Shown: positions 1 to 9,417, numbered from the stretch's first letter. The stretch is 59,136 nt of DNA from an uncultured Candidatus Saccharibacteria bacterium (GCA_964346955.1 CAYFWT010000021.1:1-59136), one strand, 5' to 3'. Notes: generated by a model from the letters alone, not told the origin. Translations and numbers: made by a program.

Positions 1-1680
1 GTCAGTGAAAAATAAAATACTATCATGGGTTAAGGCGGATAAGAAGTGTCCAACCACATCTTCTTCTCGAGGAATAATCGCTACTATTCCCTTACCGCCT
101 CTTCTTTGGGCTCGATAAGCCTGTGGATTAACTCTTTTGATATAGCCACCTTGGGTTAAAATGATAATGCATTCTTCTTGAGGAACTAATTCTTCTTCAG
201 TAAATCGGCCAACTGGCTGAGCATAGACTTTGGTCCGTCGCTGGTCAGCATATTTTTCTTTCATTTCTTTAAGTTCTTTTTTAATCACCCCCAAGATTTT
301 TTTAGGACTCTTCAATAAGGCCTCTAATTCTTTAATTAATTCTTTCTTTTCCTTTAGTTCATCTTTAATCTTTTTCTGTTCCAAACCAGCCAGTGCCTGT
401 AATCTCATCTCCAAAATTGCTGTTGCTTGCCGGTCGCTTAATTTAAATTTCTTAACCAAATTTTGATGAGCAACTTCCCGGGTAGCCGATTTCTTAATCG
501 TGTTAATGACTGCATCAATGTGGTCTAAGGCCTTACTCAAGCCAATTAAAATATGAGCCCTCTCTTTAGCCTGTCTTAGCTCAAATTTGCTCCGACGGGT
601 AACAACTGCCTGACGATGTTTGATATATTCCTCTAAAAGTTCTTTTAAAGATAAAACCTGTGGTTGCAAGCCACCAACCAGGGCCAACATATTCAAATGA
701 AAAGTTTTCTGCAAATCAGTCAGTTTAAAGAGCCGATTAAGGATTTTCTGAGGATGAGCATCGCTTTTAAGGTCAATAACTACTCTAACTCCCTCTTTGT
801 CTGATTCGTCACGAATATCTTTAATCCCTTGCATCTTTTTGTCTTTGACTAACTCAGCTATTTTGGTGATTAAATTTGCCTTATTGACCCCATAAGTCAT
901 TTCCATAATCAAAATCTGAAAATGGCCTGCTTTCTTTTCAACGATCTCAGCCTTGGCCCGAGTAACAATCGGTCCTCGACCAGTGCTATAAGCTTGAATC
1001 ATTGTCTGACGATCATAGACAGATCCACCAGTAGGAAAATCGGGTCCCTTAATAAACTGGAAAAGATCTTTGGTCGCTGTCTGAGGATGGTCGATTAAGA
1101 AAATAACTCCATCAATTATTTCTCCTAAATTATGAGATGGAATGTTGGTAGCCATACCCACGGCAATTCCCATACAACCATTCAAAAGTAATTGAGGCAA
1201 TTTAGCCGGTAAAACTACTGGCTCTTGGCGGCTGCCATCATAATTATCAACCCAATCAACTGTTTCCTTTTCAATATCAACTAGCATCTCTTCGGCTATC
1301 TTAGAAAGTCTGGCTTCAGTATAGCGCTGGGCAGCTGCCGCATCACCATCCATTGAGCCAAAATTCCCCTGACCATCAACTAAAGGATATCTCAAAGAGA
1401 AATCCTGAGCCATTCTGACCAAAGAATCATAAACAGCCACATCGCCGTGGGGATGAAATTTACCTAAAGTCTCCCCAACAATAGTGGCTGATTTACGATA
1501 TCTAGTCCCACTCCCCAAGCCCAAACCATGCATGGCATATAAGATACGCCGATGAACTGGCTTAAGCCCGTCACGGACATCTGGCAGAGCCCTTGAAACA
1601 ATCACGCTCATCGCATAATCCAAATAGGACTCTTTCATCTCTTCAGTGATGGGACGTTTTTTGATATAACCTATTTCCAT
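1..1680 (-). CDS. gyrA: DNA gyrase subunit A, N-terminal ~560 codons (3' end lies beyond window start)
   Basis: Own translation from ATG at 1680-1678 gives [60 protein letters not shown]...KFHPHGD, the GyrA/ParC N-terminal signature. The frame appears open to position 1. GyrA versus ParC cannot be separated by eye. Confidence 0.85.
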   Translation of the reverse strand, partial: MEIGYIKKRPITEEMKESYLDYAMSVIVSRALPDVRDGLKPVHRRILYAMHGLGLGSGTRYRKSATIVGETLGKFHPHGDVAVYDSLVRMAQDFSLRYPLVDGQGNFGSMDGDAAAAQRYTEARLSKIAEEMLVDIEKETVDWVDNYDGSRQEPVVLPAKLPQLLLNGCMGIAVGMATNIPSHNLGEIIDGVIFLIDHPQTATKDLFQFIKGPDFPTGGSVYDRQTMIQAYSTGRGPIVTRAKAEIVEKKAGHFQILIMEMTYGVNKANLITKIAELVKDKKMQGIKDIRDESDKEGVRVVIDLKSDAHPQKILNRLFKLTDLQKTFHLNMLALVGGLQPQVLSLKELLEEYIKHRQAVVTRRSKFELRQAKERAHILIGLSKALDHIDAVINTIKKSATREVAHQNLVKKFKLSDRQATAILEMRLQALAGLEQKKIKDELKEKKELIKELEALLKSPKKILGVIKKELKEMKEKYADQRRTKVYAQPVGRFTEEELVPQEECIIILTQGGYIKRVNPQAYRAQRRGGKGIVAIIPREEDVVGHFLSALTHDSILFFTD

Positions 1681-1687
1681 AAATTCA

Positions 1688-1722
1688 GCGAACAATAAAC
1701 AGCGAACAATGAACAATATTTT
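1688..1722. repeat. 7-nt periodic degenerate tandem tract
   Basis: Reads gcgaaca/ataaaca/gcgaaca/atgaaca/atatttt directly upstream of the gyrA start. The octamer cagcgaac (1686-1693, repeated at 1700-1707) is also mirrored by gttcgctg at 1741-1748. Confidence 0.6.
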
Positions 1723-1750
1723 TTATTTTATTTATTCACCGTTCGCTGAT

Positions 1751-2119
1751 TTAATCGCTTAAGGGCAATTTAGCTGGCCTAATTCCCTCTGGTTCTTTTT
1801 CAAACTGACCAGCTTCTTCCTCCTGAGCCTCAATTTGCTCCTCAATCTCTTCAAGCTCCTCAGCTAAATCTTCCTCAAAAAATACTCCAATGCTAGCCTT
1901 AAAAGCTTCTTTAAGAGAGGGAATCTCTTTTTTAACTTCTTCAAATAGCTGAGAAGATTCTTCTGTGCTTTTGGCAGTAGTTGGTAAAGACTGCTTGAGA
2001 GAAGTTAGCCAAAGAGAAACAATAAAAAACATACAAATTAAAACAGCCAGCCATAATATCTGAATACGAATGTAACGAGGCTTTTTTTGAATTTTTTGGA
2101 TGAGGTCAATTAGAGACAC
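1751..2119 (-). CDS. hypothetical membrane-anchored protein with acidic C-terminal tail
   Basis: 122-aa ORF with one N-terminal TM helix (ILWLAVLICMFFIVSLWL) and a Glu-rich tail. No recognisable family. Confidence 0.5.
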   Translation of the reverse strand: MSLIDLIQKIQKKPRYIRIQILWLAVLICMFFIVSLWLTSLKQSLPTTAKSTEESSQLFEEVKKEIPSLKEAFKASIGVFFEEDLAEELEEIEEQIEAQEEEAGQFEKEPEGIRPAKLPLSD

Positions 2120-2140
2120 AGTTTCAATTTTTAATTTTAA

Positions 2141-2785
2141 TTAGGGTCTCATCACTACTATTTCCATCTCTTTGTTGGCCAAATCTTTTTTCTTAAGAGT
2201 TAACTTATCAACAGTTGGCTTCTTATTTAACCCCATCTCCTTGAGAAATTCTCCTAAGCCAGTTAAATCAATTTTTATACCAGGCAGCTTAAAGTGCATG
2301 GGGATAATTAGATGGGGCTCGATCTGCTCAGCTATCTTGACTGCTTCTTTAGCGCCAATGGTGTAGATACCGCCAACCGGAATCATCAAAACATCTACCT
2401 GGCCAATTGTTTCTAATTGCCCATTATCTAATCTCTCTTGACCGAAATCCCCCAAATGGCAAACTCTAATTTTATCTACTTCGATTAAATAAATAGTATT
2501 GGTTCCCCTTTCTTGGCCTTGGGCCTGGTCATGAAAACTGGCCAGACCAATAATCCTGATTCCTTTAATTTCGTGCTCGCCTGGGCCATCAATAATAAAG
2601 GGCGTGCCGCTGACTGAGTTAATATTATTATGGTCATAATGATCATGGGAAACGGTAACAATATCAGCCGCCCCGCGAGGAGGCCTTAACCCAATACGTG
2701 CCTCAAAAGGATCAGTGATAATTGTCAGATGACCCCCTTGGTTAGTAATTTTAAAACAAGAATGACCGTACCAAGTAATCGTCAT
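2141..2785 (-). CDS. metallo-beta-lactamase-fold metal-dependent hydrolase (UPF0173-like)
   Basis: 214-aa ORF containing the HDHYDH-type motif (VSHDHYDHNN) and a WYGHSCF start typical of this family. Confidence 0.75.
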   Translation of the reverse strand: MTITWYGHSCFKITNQGGHLTIITDPFEARIGLRPPRGAADIVTVSHDHYDHNNINSVSGTPFIIDGPGEHEIKGIRIIGLASFHDQAQGQERGTNTIYLIEVDKIRVCHLGDFGQERLDNGQLETIGQVDVLMIPVGGIYTIGAKEAVKIAEQIEPHLIIPMHFKLPGIKIDLTGLGEFLKEMGLNKKPTVDKLTLKKKDLANKEMEIVVMRP

Positions 2786-2788
2786 AGA

Positions 2789-2906
2789 AATTCCAAATCA
2801 CAAGCATCAAATTATAAACAATAGTTCGACAAGCTCACTATAAAATTATTTCCTGAGCGAGGTCGCTTTAGGCGACCGAGTCGAAGGATCGGGATTTGTG
2901 ATTTAA
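2789..2906. repeat. MITE-like repeat element, copy A (heptad-repeat arms plus GC-rich 69-nt core)
   Basis: Core 2821-2889 is the exact reverse complement of 30560-30628 (69/69). The flanks are also homologous (about 26/32 on one side). The arms carry aaatcacaa (2795-2803) and ttgtgattt (2896-2904), which are reverse complements. Confidence 0.6.
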
Positions 2907-2961
2907 TCTTATTTTATCATATATTTCCTCCCTTGCCAAGCTAGCTATCTTAGGTTATACT

Positions 2962-4059
2962 TTGAACATGATTAAAAAAAGCTCTAAAGCAATGAAAGAA
3001 TTATTAGCCAAAAAAGGGGGAGCACCTCGTTTGCCGCAAGTTGGGGATGTAGTTGAAGGTCGGGTCATTAAAATAAGCAAAAACGCCCTTATTTTAGACT
3101 TAGGAGCTCTGGGGACTGGTATTATTTACGGTGGGGAGCTTAAAGAAAATAAAGACATTCTCAAAGAGTTGAAAGCCGGTCAGAATGTCTCAGCTTTAGT
3201 CTTAGAACCAGAAAACGAAGATGGCTATGTTGAGCTTTCCTTAAAAGAAGCTAATTTAGAAAAAGCCTGGACTACTCTTAAGACAAAAAAACAAAGAGGC
3301 GAAACAATCAAGGTTAAAGTAATTGAAGCTAACCGTGGTGGCTTAGTTATCGAATTTTCTAGCTTAATTGGGTTTTTACCCGTTTCCCAATTATCTACCC
3401 AAAATTATCCCCGGGTAGAAGGTGGCGACAAGGGCAAAATTCTCAATCACCTTAATAAATTTATCGGCAAAGAAATGGAGGTTAAAATTATTGGCCTAGA
3501 TCAAAAAACCGACAAATTAATTGTTTCAGAAAAAGCCCTCGAAGAGAAAAAGATAAAAGAAAATTTAAAAAATTATAAAAAGGGAGATATTGTCGAAGGG
3601 GCGGTCACTGCTTTAGCCAATTTTGGCGCTTTTATTAAATTCGACGATAGCTTGGAAGGCCTGGCCCATATCTCTGAATTAGATTGGCAAATAATTGACC
3701 ACCCTAGTCAAGTCCTTCAAGAAAATGAAAAAGTTAAAGCTAAAATCATTGATATCCAAGAAGGGCAAATATCTCTCTCTTTAAAAGCCCTTAAAGAAGA
3801 CCCCTGGCAAAAAATCAAAGAAAAATATAAAAACGGTCAAGTAGTCAAAGGAAAAGTAACCAAATTTAGTCCTTTTGGTGTTTTTGTTCAAATAGATAAA
3901 GACATCCATGGACTGGCTCATATTTCAGAATTTTCAAAACAAAATCAACAAATGGAAGAAATGCTAAAATTAGGCCAATCCTATGATTTTGAAATTCTCT
4001 CCCTGAGTCCAGAAACTCATAAAATGTCTCTGGCCCTAAAGGATCTGGGCCAAAAATGA
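2962..4059 (+). CDS. rpsA: 30S ribosomal protein S1 (short, four S1-domain form)
   Basis: 365-aa ORF with repeated S1 motifs (GDVVEGRV..., GFLPVSQL, GDIVEGAV...GAFIKF...EGLAHISEL, GQVVKGKV...FGVFVQ...HGLAHISEF). An ATG at 2968 is an alternative start. Confidence 0.85.
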   Translation: MNMIKKSSKAMKELLAKKGGAPRLPQVGDVVEGRVIKISKNALILDLGALGTGIIYGGELKENKDILKELKAGQNVSALVLEPENEDGYVELSLKEANLEKAWTTLKTKKQRGETIKVKVIEANRGGLVIEFSSLIGFLPVSQLSTQNYPRVEGGDKGKILNHLNKFIGKEMEVKIIGLDQKTDKLIVSEKALEEKKIKENLKNYKKGDIVEGAVTALANFGAFIKFDDSLEGLAHISELDWQIIDHPSQVLQENEKVKAKIIDIQEGQISLSLKALKEDPWQKIKEKYKNGQVVKGKVTKFSPFGVFVQIDKDIHGLAHISEFSKQNQQMEEMLKLGQSYDFEILSLSPETHKMSLALKDLGQK

Positions 4060-4060
4060 C

Positions 4061-5884
4061 ATGAAATACCTATTCAAAAATCTACTTATTGCCTTTCTAG
4101 CTCTATTAACCATTGCTGGATTTTTTACCTTATTAAGCGGTCCCGCTGAAAAACCAGAAGAAATCACTCTCAGTCAGTTGGTTGAGCAAATTAACCAAGA
4201 AAAAGTATCAAAAATCACTATTAAAAATGACGTATTAGAAATCGAGCTGAAAGATGGCTCCCAAGAAAAAGCAACTAAAGAAAAAGAAACTTCTTTAACC
4301 GAGTCCTTAAAAAATTATGGTGTTGATTCTGAAAAACTTAAACTGGTTAATTTAGAAATAAAAGAAGAAAGTGGCCTCATGTTTTGGTTAGGAGCTATTC
4401 TGCCATTTCTTTTACCGTTGATTATTATTGGTTTTTTTATCTGGTTTATGATGAGAGGAGCTCAACGTGGCCAAATGCAAGCCTTTACTTTTGGCCGTTC
4501 GCGAGCTCGTTTAGTCAGTCCCAAAGATAAAAAAGATAAAGTCACCTTTAAAGATGTAGCTGGTTTAAAAGAAGCCAAAGAAGAACTGCATGAAATAGTT
4601 GACTTTCTTAAAGCTCCGAAAAAATTTACTGAATTAGGCGCCAAAATTCCTAAAGGAGTTTTATTGGTCGGACCACCAGGTACTGGTAAAACCCTTTTAG
4701 CTCGAGCAATTGCTTCTGAGGCTGGTGTTCCCTTTTTCAGTGTTTCTGGTTCGGAATTCGTCGAAATGTTTGTCGGGGTGGGATCATCGCGAGTAAGAGA
4801 CCTTTTTCAAACCGCTAAGAAGCAAGCTCCTTGCCTCATCTTTATTGACGAGTTGGATGCCATTGGTCGACAGCGAGGAGCTGGTTTAGGTGGTGGCCAT
4901 GACGAAAGAGAACAGACTCTTAATCAGATTTTGGTAGAAATGGATGGCTTTGACCCAAATACTGGAATCATATTAATATCAGCAACTAATAGACCTGATG
5001 TGTTGGATCCGGCCTTGCTGCGACCAGGTCGCTTTGACCGAAGAGTTACTTTAGACTTGCCTGACCTTAAAGACCGAGAAGATATTCTTAAAATCCATGC
5101 TAGAAATAAACCTTTGGAAGAAAAGACTAATCTCCGAGAAATTGCTGAAAGAACACCTGGTTTTTCAGGAGCTGATTTAGCCAATTTAGTCAATGAAGCA
5201 GCTATCTTAACGGCCCGAAGAAATAAGAAAAAAATTAGTCAAGATGAGCTAAGAGAATGTATTGAAAAAGTTATCTTAGGACCAGAGCGCAAAAGTCACG
5301 TTCTTTCTAAGAAAGAGAAAGAAATTGCTGCTTATCATGAAGCTGGTCATGCTCTGATGGCTGCCTCACTGCCTCACACTGACCCAGTTCAAAAAATCTC
5401 TATTATTGCTCGTGGTCCAGCGGCTGGCTATACTCTTAAATTACCCACCGAAGACAGACATTTACATAGTCGTTCGGAATTCATAGATGAGTTGGCTGTT
5501 CTTTTAGGCGGCTATGCAGCTGAAAAATTGGTTTTTAATGAATTGACCACTGGAGCAGCTAGTGATTTACAAAAAGCGACCGAATTAGCCCGCAAGCTGG
5601 TAACCAAATATGGCATGAGTGAAAAATTAGGACCAGTCACTTTTGGTGGAAAAGAAGAATTAGTTTTTTTGGGTCGAGAAATTGCCACGGAAAAAGATTA
5701 CTCTGAAGAAATAGCTGCCCAAATTGACAAAGAAGTGGCTAAGTTTATTGATAATGCTTTTCATACAGCTAAAAAAGTTCTTACGGAAAAAAGGAAAAAA
5801 CTAGACCAAATCGCCAAACGATTAATCAAAAAAGAAACCATTGAGAGAAAAGAATTTGAAAGGTTGATGAAAAGTAAAGTTTAG
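4061..5884 (+). CDS. ftsH: ATP-dependent zinc metalloprotease FtsH
   Basis: 607 aa with two TM helices, Walker A GPPGTGKT, Walker B IIFIDELD, the SRH region and the HEAGHA zinc site. Confidence 0.95.
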   Translation: MKYLFKNLLIAFLALLTIAGFFTLLSGPAEKPEEITLSQLVEQINQEKVSKITIKNDVLEIELKDGSQEKATKEKETSLTESLKNYGVDSEKLKLVNLEIKEESGLMFWLGAILPFLLPLIIIGFFIWFMMRGAQRGQMQAFTFGRSRARLVSPKDKKDKVTFKDVAGLKEAKEELHEIVDFLKAPKKFTELGAKIPKGVLLVGPPGTGKTLLARAIASEAGVPFFSVSGSEFVEMFVGVGSSRVRDLFQTAKKQAPCLIFIDELDAIGRQRGAGLGGGHDEREQTLNQILVEMDGFDPNTGIILISATNRPDVLDPALLRPGRFDRRVTLDLPDLKDREDILKIHARNKPLEEKTNLREIAERTPGFSGADLANLVNEAAILTARRNKKKISQDELRECIEKVILGPERKSHVLSKKEKEIAAYHEAGHALMAASLPHTDPVQKISIIARGPAAGYTLKLPTEDRHLHSRSEFIDELAVLLGGYAAEKLVFNELTTGAASDLQKATELARKLVTKYGMSEKLGPVTFGGKEELVFLGREIATEKDYSEEIAAQIDKEVAKFIDNAFHTAKKVLTEKRKKLDQIAKRLIKKETIERKEFERLMKSKV

Positions 5885-5929
5885 AGTATTATTGTCATTG
5901 CCAACCGCCTAAGGCGGGGAAGCAATTTT

Positions 5930-6004
5930 GGGCGTGTAGCTCAATGGTAGAGCATCCGGCTTATATCCGGACGGTCGGGGGTTCGAATCCCTCCACGCCC
6001 ACCA
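5930..6004 (+). tRNA. tRNA-Ile (anticodon UAU), CCA encoded
   Basis: Hand-folded cloverleaf: acceptor GGGCGTG/CACGCCC, anticodon stem TCCGG/CCGGA, loop CTTATAT, T-loop TTCGAAT. Confidence 0.8.
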
Positions 6005-6005
6005 G

Positions 6006-6079
6006 GGGCGGTTAGCTCAGTTGGTTAGAGTGTCTCGGTGACCTCGAGAAGGTCACTGATTCGAGTACAGTACCGCCCA
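6006..6079 (+). tRNA. tRNA-Val (anticodon GAC), non-canonical T arm, no CCA
   Basis: Acceptor GGGCGGT/ACCGCCC is identical to that of tRNA-Val(UAC) at 10966. Anticodon stem TCTCG/CGAGA, loop GTGACCT. The T stem ACTGA/ACAGT leaves A53-A61 unpaired, and position 37 is C. Confidence 0.6.
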
Positions 6080-6082
6080 CCC

Positions 6083-6110
6083 AAAATACTCGTCTCTAAC
6101 GAGTATTTTT
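6083..6110 (+). terminator. intrinsic terminator after the tRNA pair
   Basis: 10-bp stem aaaatactcg/cgagtatttt with a 7-nt loop, running into a T tract. Confidence 0.6.
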
Positions 6111-6152
6111 ACTTGCCTTTTAGTCAAATTTTTGGTATTTTATTTTTAAAGC

Positions 6153-6229
6153 GGGCCCTTAGTTCAGTTGGCTAGAACGCCACATTTGCAATGTGGAGGT
6201 CGGGAGTTCGAATCTCCCAGGGTCCACCA
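6153..6229 (+). tRNA. tRNA-Ala (anticodon UGC), CCA encoded
   Basis: Acceptor GGGCCCT/AGGGTCC carries the G3:U70 Ala identity pair. Anticodon loop TTTGCAA, T-loop TTCGAAT. Confidence 0.9.
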
Positions 6230-6249
6230 CGAGTATTTGAGATTAAAAA

Positions 6250-6279
6250 AGAGCCCGACCTACTGGCGGGCTCTTTTTC
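6250..6279. terminator. bidirectional intrinsic terminator
   Basis: Stem agagcccg/cgggctct is flanked by an A run upstream and a T run downstream. It sits between the convergent tRNA-Ala and the 551-aa gene. Confidence 0.65.
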
Positions 6280-6293
6280 TTTTCCTAACTGAT

Positions 6294-7949
6294 TTATCTT
6301 GTTAGGTCGTAGGAAACAATATCTTCTCCCTCAGACACAGTATTTATCTCTTGGGTAGTTACATCCATAATCTGCCCCCATTGGTAACCAGCTTTAGTAA
6401 GGTCTTCGCCTGTCCGAATCCAGCGTCTCTCACCCTCATCAACTACATAAACCTTACCTGAAGGATCACGAACCAAAGCTCCATCACCAAGCTCTAAAGG
6501 ATTAGCAACTTTATACTCATCCTTAACCGCTGAAGTAATAGTTTTTACTCGATCCCAACGGAAATTGTGGCTAGCAAAAGCCTGGGGAGAAGTAACTGGC
6601 TTTAACTTATCCCCTTCTACTACATAGACAGTGGGCTCATTTTCTACTCGGACTAAGGTGCTATCAGGGTAATCAGAAGCTTCAGTAATTTGGGCACCGG
6701 TTGAATAAAGAGCTAATTCCGTATTATCAACTTTAATAATCTGTCCCCAATTATACTGAAGATTAGCGAAAGCTTGCGGATTGGTAATGTGTCGTTTCTG
6801 ATCATTAGAGATGGCATAAACTTCAGGACCATCACCTTGGATTAAGGTTCCTTCTGAGTAGCTTAAAGCATCGCCCTCAGGCAAAACTTCAACTTCAGCG
6901 TCATCTACTTCTTGGATATCGCCCCAGGCAAGTCCTTGATCTTCAAAAACTTGCGGATTGGGAATATGACGTTTCAGACCATCCTCGACCATATAAACTT
7001 TGTAGTCGCTAACTGCCCTAACTAATCTTTGATTAGGATGTCGCCAGATCAAAACATAAAAGCCATAGCCGTCCTTAATTTCCACCTTGATGATTCTTTT
7101 ATGATAAAGATTCAAAAGAGAAATAGAGCCCTCATATTCTTGTTGCGGGAAAGAAAGAGAAACTGTTGTTTCAGGAGTGACGCCTCTCTTTAAGACAAAT
7201 TTAACCAAAAGACCATCAACGCCACCCCAGATATATGAAGTCCAGTCAATATTGCTGCTAGATGTGCTGTTAATTGAGTCGTGGCCTTCAAATCTTATCG
7301 TCCTAATTAATTCCATCTCTCCGCCATCGGTCAAAGTTAAAGAGCCAGAAAAATCTTCCTTGGGGAAAGGGAGACAACGAACTGAACCAACTTGTAAATC
7401 ACAACCTTGAGTGGCAGTATAAGCCTGACGAGTGACCTTACCCCAGATAAGCGCTGCCACAAAGGCACGCTGGGCGTTAGGATGGGTGTTGACAACAATT
7501 TCTTTATCATTACCAACATCCTCAATAATCAATTCCTGGGCATCATATAGTTCCTGAATTGTTTTAACAATAGAACCAGGGGTAACACTAATGGTAACAG
7601 TATCACTAGCTGGTCCAGAGACAAGGACCCGGAGGCCGTCCCAATGACCGTAAATTAAAGAATTCCAAGAGACGGGGTCTATATTGTTAGTCATTAAATC
7701 AGCCGTGGCCGTATGGGTCTCAAATAAAATGGTACGGATTAAACTAACCTTAGAATCATCTGAAGCAGCAGAAATTGAACCGTCAAAATTTGACTCGGCC
7801 CAATCTGTAACTTCTCCTTGAACATTCCCCCATTTAACCGTCATGACAAAATGGAGGGTATCTTCCTGGGCCTGGACAGGTGGTATTAAAGATAAGCTTA
7901 AACTAATAATTAGAGATAAAATAGTTAGTGAAGGAACTATTTTTTTCAT
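6294..7949 (-). CDS. secreted repeat protein (signal peptide, duplicated N-terminal module, four ~55-aa C-terminal repeats)
   Basis: 551-aa ORF. Signal peptide MKKIVPSLTILSLIISLSLSLIPPVQAQ. C-terminal repeats have the pattern LVR..x..VY.V..G.KRHI.NPQAF....W..I..V. No family recognised. Confidence 0.6.
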   Translation of the reverse strand: MKKIVPSLTILSLIISLSLSLIPPVQAQEDTLHFVMTVKWGNVQGEVTDWAESNFDGSISAASDDSKVSLIRTILFETHTATADLMTNNIDPVSWNSLIYGHWDGLRVLVSGPASDTVTISVTPGSIVKTIQELYDAQELIIEDVGNDKEIVVNTHPNAQRAFVAALIWGKVTRQAYTATQGCDLQVGSVRCLPFPKEDFSGSLTLTDGGEMELIRTIRFEGHDSINSTSSSNIDWTSYIWGGVDGLLVKFVLKRGVTPETTVSLSFPQQEYEGSISLLNLYHKRIIKVEIKDGYGFYVLIWRHPNQRLVRAVSDYKVYMVEDGLKRHIPNPQVFEDQGLAWGDIQEVDDAEVEVLPEGDALSYSEGTLIQGDGPEVYAISNDQKRHITNPQAFANLQYNWGQIIKVDNTELALYSTGAQITEASDYPDSTLVRVENEPTVYVVEGDKLKPVTSPQAFASHNFRWDRVKTITSAVKDEYKVANPLELGDGALVRDPSGKVYVVDEGERRWIRTGEDLTKAGYQWGQIMDVTTQEINTVSEGEDIVSYDLTR

Positions 7950-7959
7950 AAAAAGATTA

Positions 7960-8016
7960 TTCTTGTCAGCTGGCTAAATAATATTTTCAATATTATTTAG
8001 CTGAATCAGACAAGAA
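7960..8016. promoter_or_regulatory. imperfect palindrome in the divergent intergenic region
   Basis: The inner 13 bp gctaaataatatt/aatattatttagc and the outer 8 bp ttcttgtc/gacaagaa pair around a 3-nt loop. It starts 11 nt upstream of the 551-aa gene start. Confidence 0.4.
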
Positions 8017-8126
8017 AAGTAGTTAATTTTTATACTCGGTTACTCTATAAACTATTCTATTTTATCCAGAGATTAAAAGTCAAGAGGTTAATATTAACAA
8101 GCTGGATTTTTTAAGAAGAGTTTGAT

Positions 8127-8864
8127 ATGATAAAAATAATATTCTTAAGACCTATAATGCCCCTTAGAGCAAATCCTTCGATTAAGTTAAAGATTGTCTG
8201 GGAAGATAAGGATGCGATAGTCATCAATAAGCCGGCTGGTTTACTCGTTCACCCGACCAGCTCTCAACAAAATGATACTTTAGTAAATGGCCTAATCGCC
8301 TATTGCCCTTCGATTAAAAATGTCGGTGATGACCCATTAAGACCAGGCTTAGTTCACCGATTAGATAAAGATACTTCTGGCTTAATAGTGGTGGCTAAGA
8401 ATAATTCTGCTTTTAAATATTTAAAAAAGCAATTTCAAGAAGGCAAAATAGCCAAATATTATTTGGCTTTAGTGATTGGTCAGATTAAAGATAAAAAAGG
8501 GATTATTACCAAAGCGATTAGCTTTTCTAAAAAAGATTACAGGAAAAGAAGCGCTTTATTGGATAAAAAATCTAAAAAAGCTTGGACGGAATACAAAGTT
8601 TTAAAAAGTTTTAAGGATTATACTTTACTAAAAGTCATCCCTAAAACAGGTCGGACCCACCAAATTAGAGTTCATTTATCTTCTATTGGCCATCCCCTGG
8701 CTGGAGATAAGCAATATAGGTTTAAAAGACGACCCTCTCCAGAAAATTTACCCAGACAGTTTCTCCATGCTCATTACTTGAAATTCCAATTAGCTAATGG
8801 TAAGATAGTTGAACTTAAATCAGCGCTCCCTCAGGATTTAAAAAAAGTGTTACAAGCTTTGTAG
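8127..8864 (+). CDS. RluA-family pseudouridine synthase
   Basis: Catalytic motif HRLDKDTSGLIVVAKN plus VINKPAGLLVHP and GRTHQIRVH. The start is uncertain; an ATG at 8157 is possible. Confidence 0.85.
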   Translation: MIKIIFLRPIMPLRANPSIKLKIVWEDKDAIVINKPAGLLVHPTSSQQNDTLVNGLIAYCPSIKNVGDDPLRPGLVHRLDKDTSGLIVVAKNNSAFKYLKKQFQEGKIAKYYLALVIGQIKDKKGIITKAISFSKKDYRKRSALLDKKSKKAWTEYKVLKSFKDYTLLKVIPKTGRTHQIRVHLSSIGHPLAGDKQYRFKRRPSPENLPRQFLHAHYLKFQLANGKIVELKSALPQDLKKVLQAL

Positions 8865-8894
8865 GGATTGTCCAGCTCTCATCGTCCCTTACCC

Positions 8895-9239
8895 ATGAAC
8901 AAACTAGATTTATTTAATAAGAAACAACTGAAAAAATTACCAGAAATTAGACCCGGTTATACTGTCCGGGTTTATCAAAAAATCAAAGAAGCTGGCAAAG
9001 AAAGAATCCAAAGCTTTGAGGGTTTAGTTATTGCCAAAAAACATGGTCAGGGCATTAATGCCACTATTATAGTAAGAAAAATTAGTCACGGGGTTGGTGT
9101 AGAAAGAATCTTTCCCCTTCACTCACCGCTGATTAAAAAAATAGAAGTAGTTAAAAAAAGCAAAGTCCGTCGCGCTAAACTTTACTATATCCGCAAAAAA
9201 TCAGCTAAAGAAGCGCGATTAAAAGAATTAAAAAAATAA
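8895..9239 (+). CDS. rplS: 50S ribosomal protein L19
   Basis: [51 protein letters not shown]...[11 protein letters not shown] is a typical L19. The ATG at 8895 is preferred over the TTG at 8868 used by the ORF track. Confidence 0.9.
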   Translation: MNKLDLFNKKQLKKLPEIRPGYTVRVYQKIKEAGKERIQSFEGLVIAKKHGQGINATIIVRKISHGVGVERIFPLHSPLIKKIEVVKKSKVRRAKLYYIRKKSAKEARLKELKK

Positions 9240-9240
9240 A

Positions 9241-9326
9241 GCCCAGGTGGCGGAATTGGCATACGCGGCAGCTTGAGGAGCTGTGCTCGTCAGAGCGTGC
9301 GGGTTCGAGTCCCGCCCTGGGCACCA
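9241..9326 (+). tRNA. tRNA-Leu (anticodon GAG), CCA encoded
   Basis: Type II tRNA with acceptor GCCCAGG/CCTGGGC, anticodon stem GCAGC/GCTGT, loop TTGAGGA, a long variable arm and T-loop TTCGAGT. Confidence 0.9.
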
Positions 9327-9350
9327 ATCAAAGAAAAATTCCCTCAGGGC

Positions 9351-9379
9351 TTGACACATTTAATAAAATCTGCTAAGAT
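9351..9379 (+). promoter_or_regulatory. sigma70-like promoter (TTGACA-17-TAAGAT)
   Basis: Perfect -35 at 9351-9356, a 17-nt spacer and -10 TAAGAT at 9374-9379, upstream of the OmpA-like gene. Confidence 0.45.
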
Positions 9380-9390
9380 TACTCATCAAA

Positions 9391-9417
9391 AACTAACTGG
9401 AGGAAGTTGGTTTTTTT
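9391..9417 (+). terminator. terminator-like hairpin in the leader of the OmpA-like gene
   Basis: Stem aacuaacu/aguugguu (8 bp, one G-U) with loop ggagga, followed by a run of 7 T, about 12 nt after the predicted promoter. Confidence 0.35.

Noticed and set aside
230-466. 78-aa plus-strand ORF
   Set aside because: It lies antisense inside the gyrA coding region and is a low-complexity Ser/Phe/Leu-rich translation, so it is a shadow ORF.
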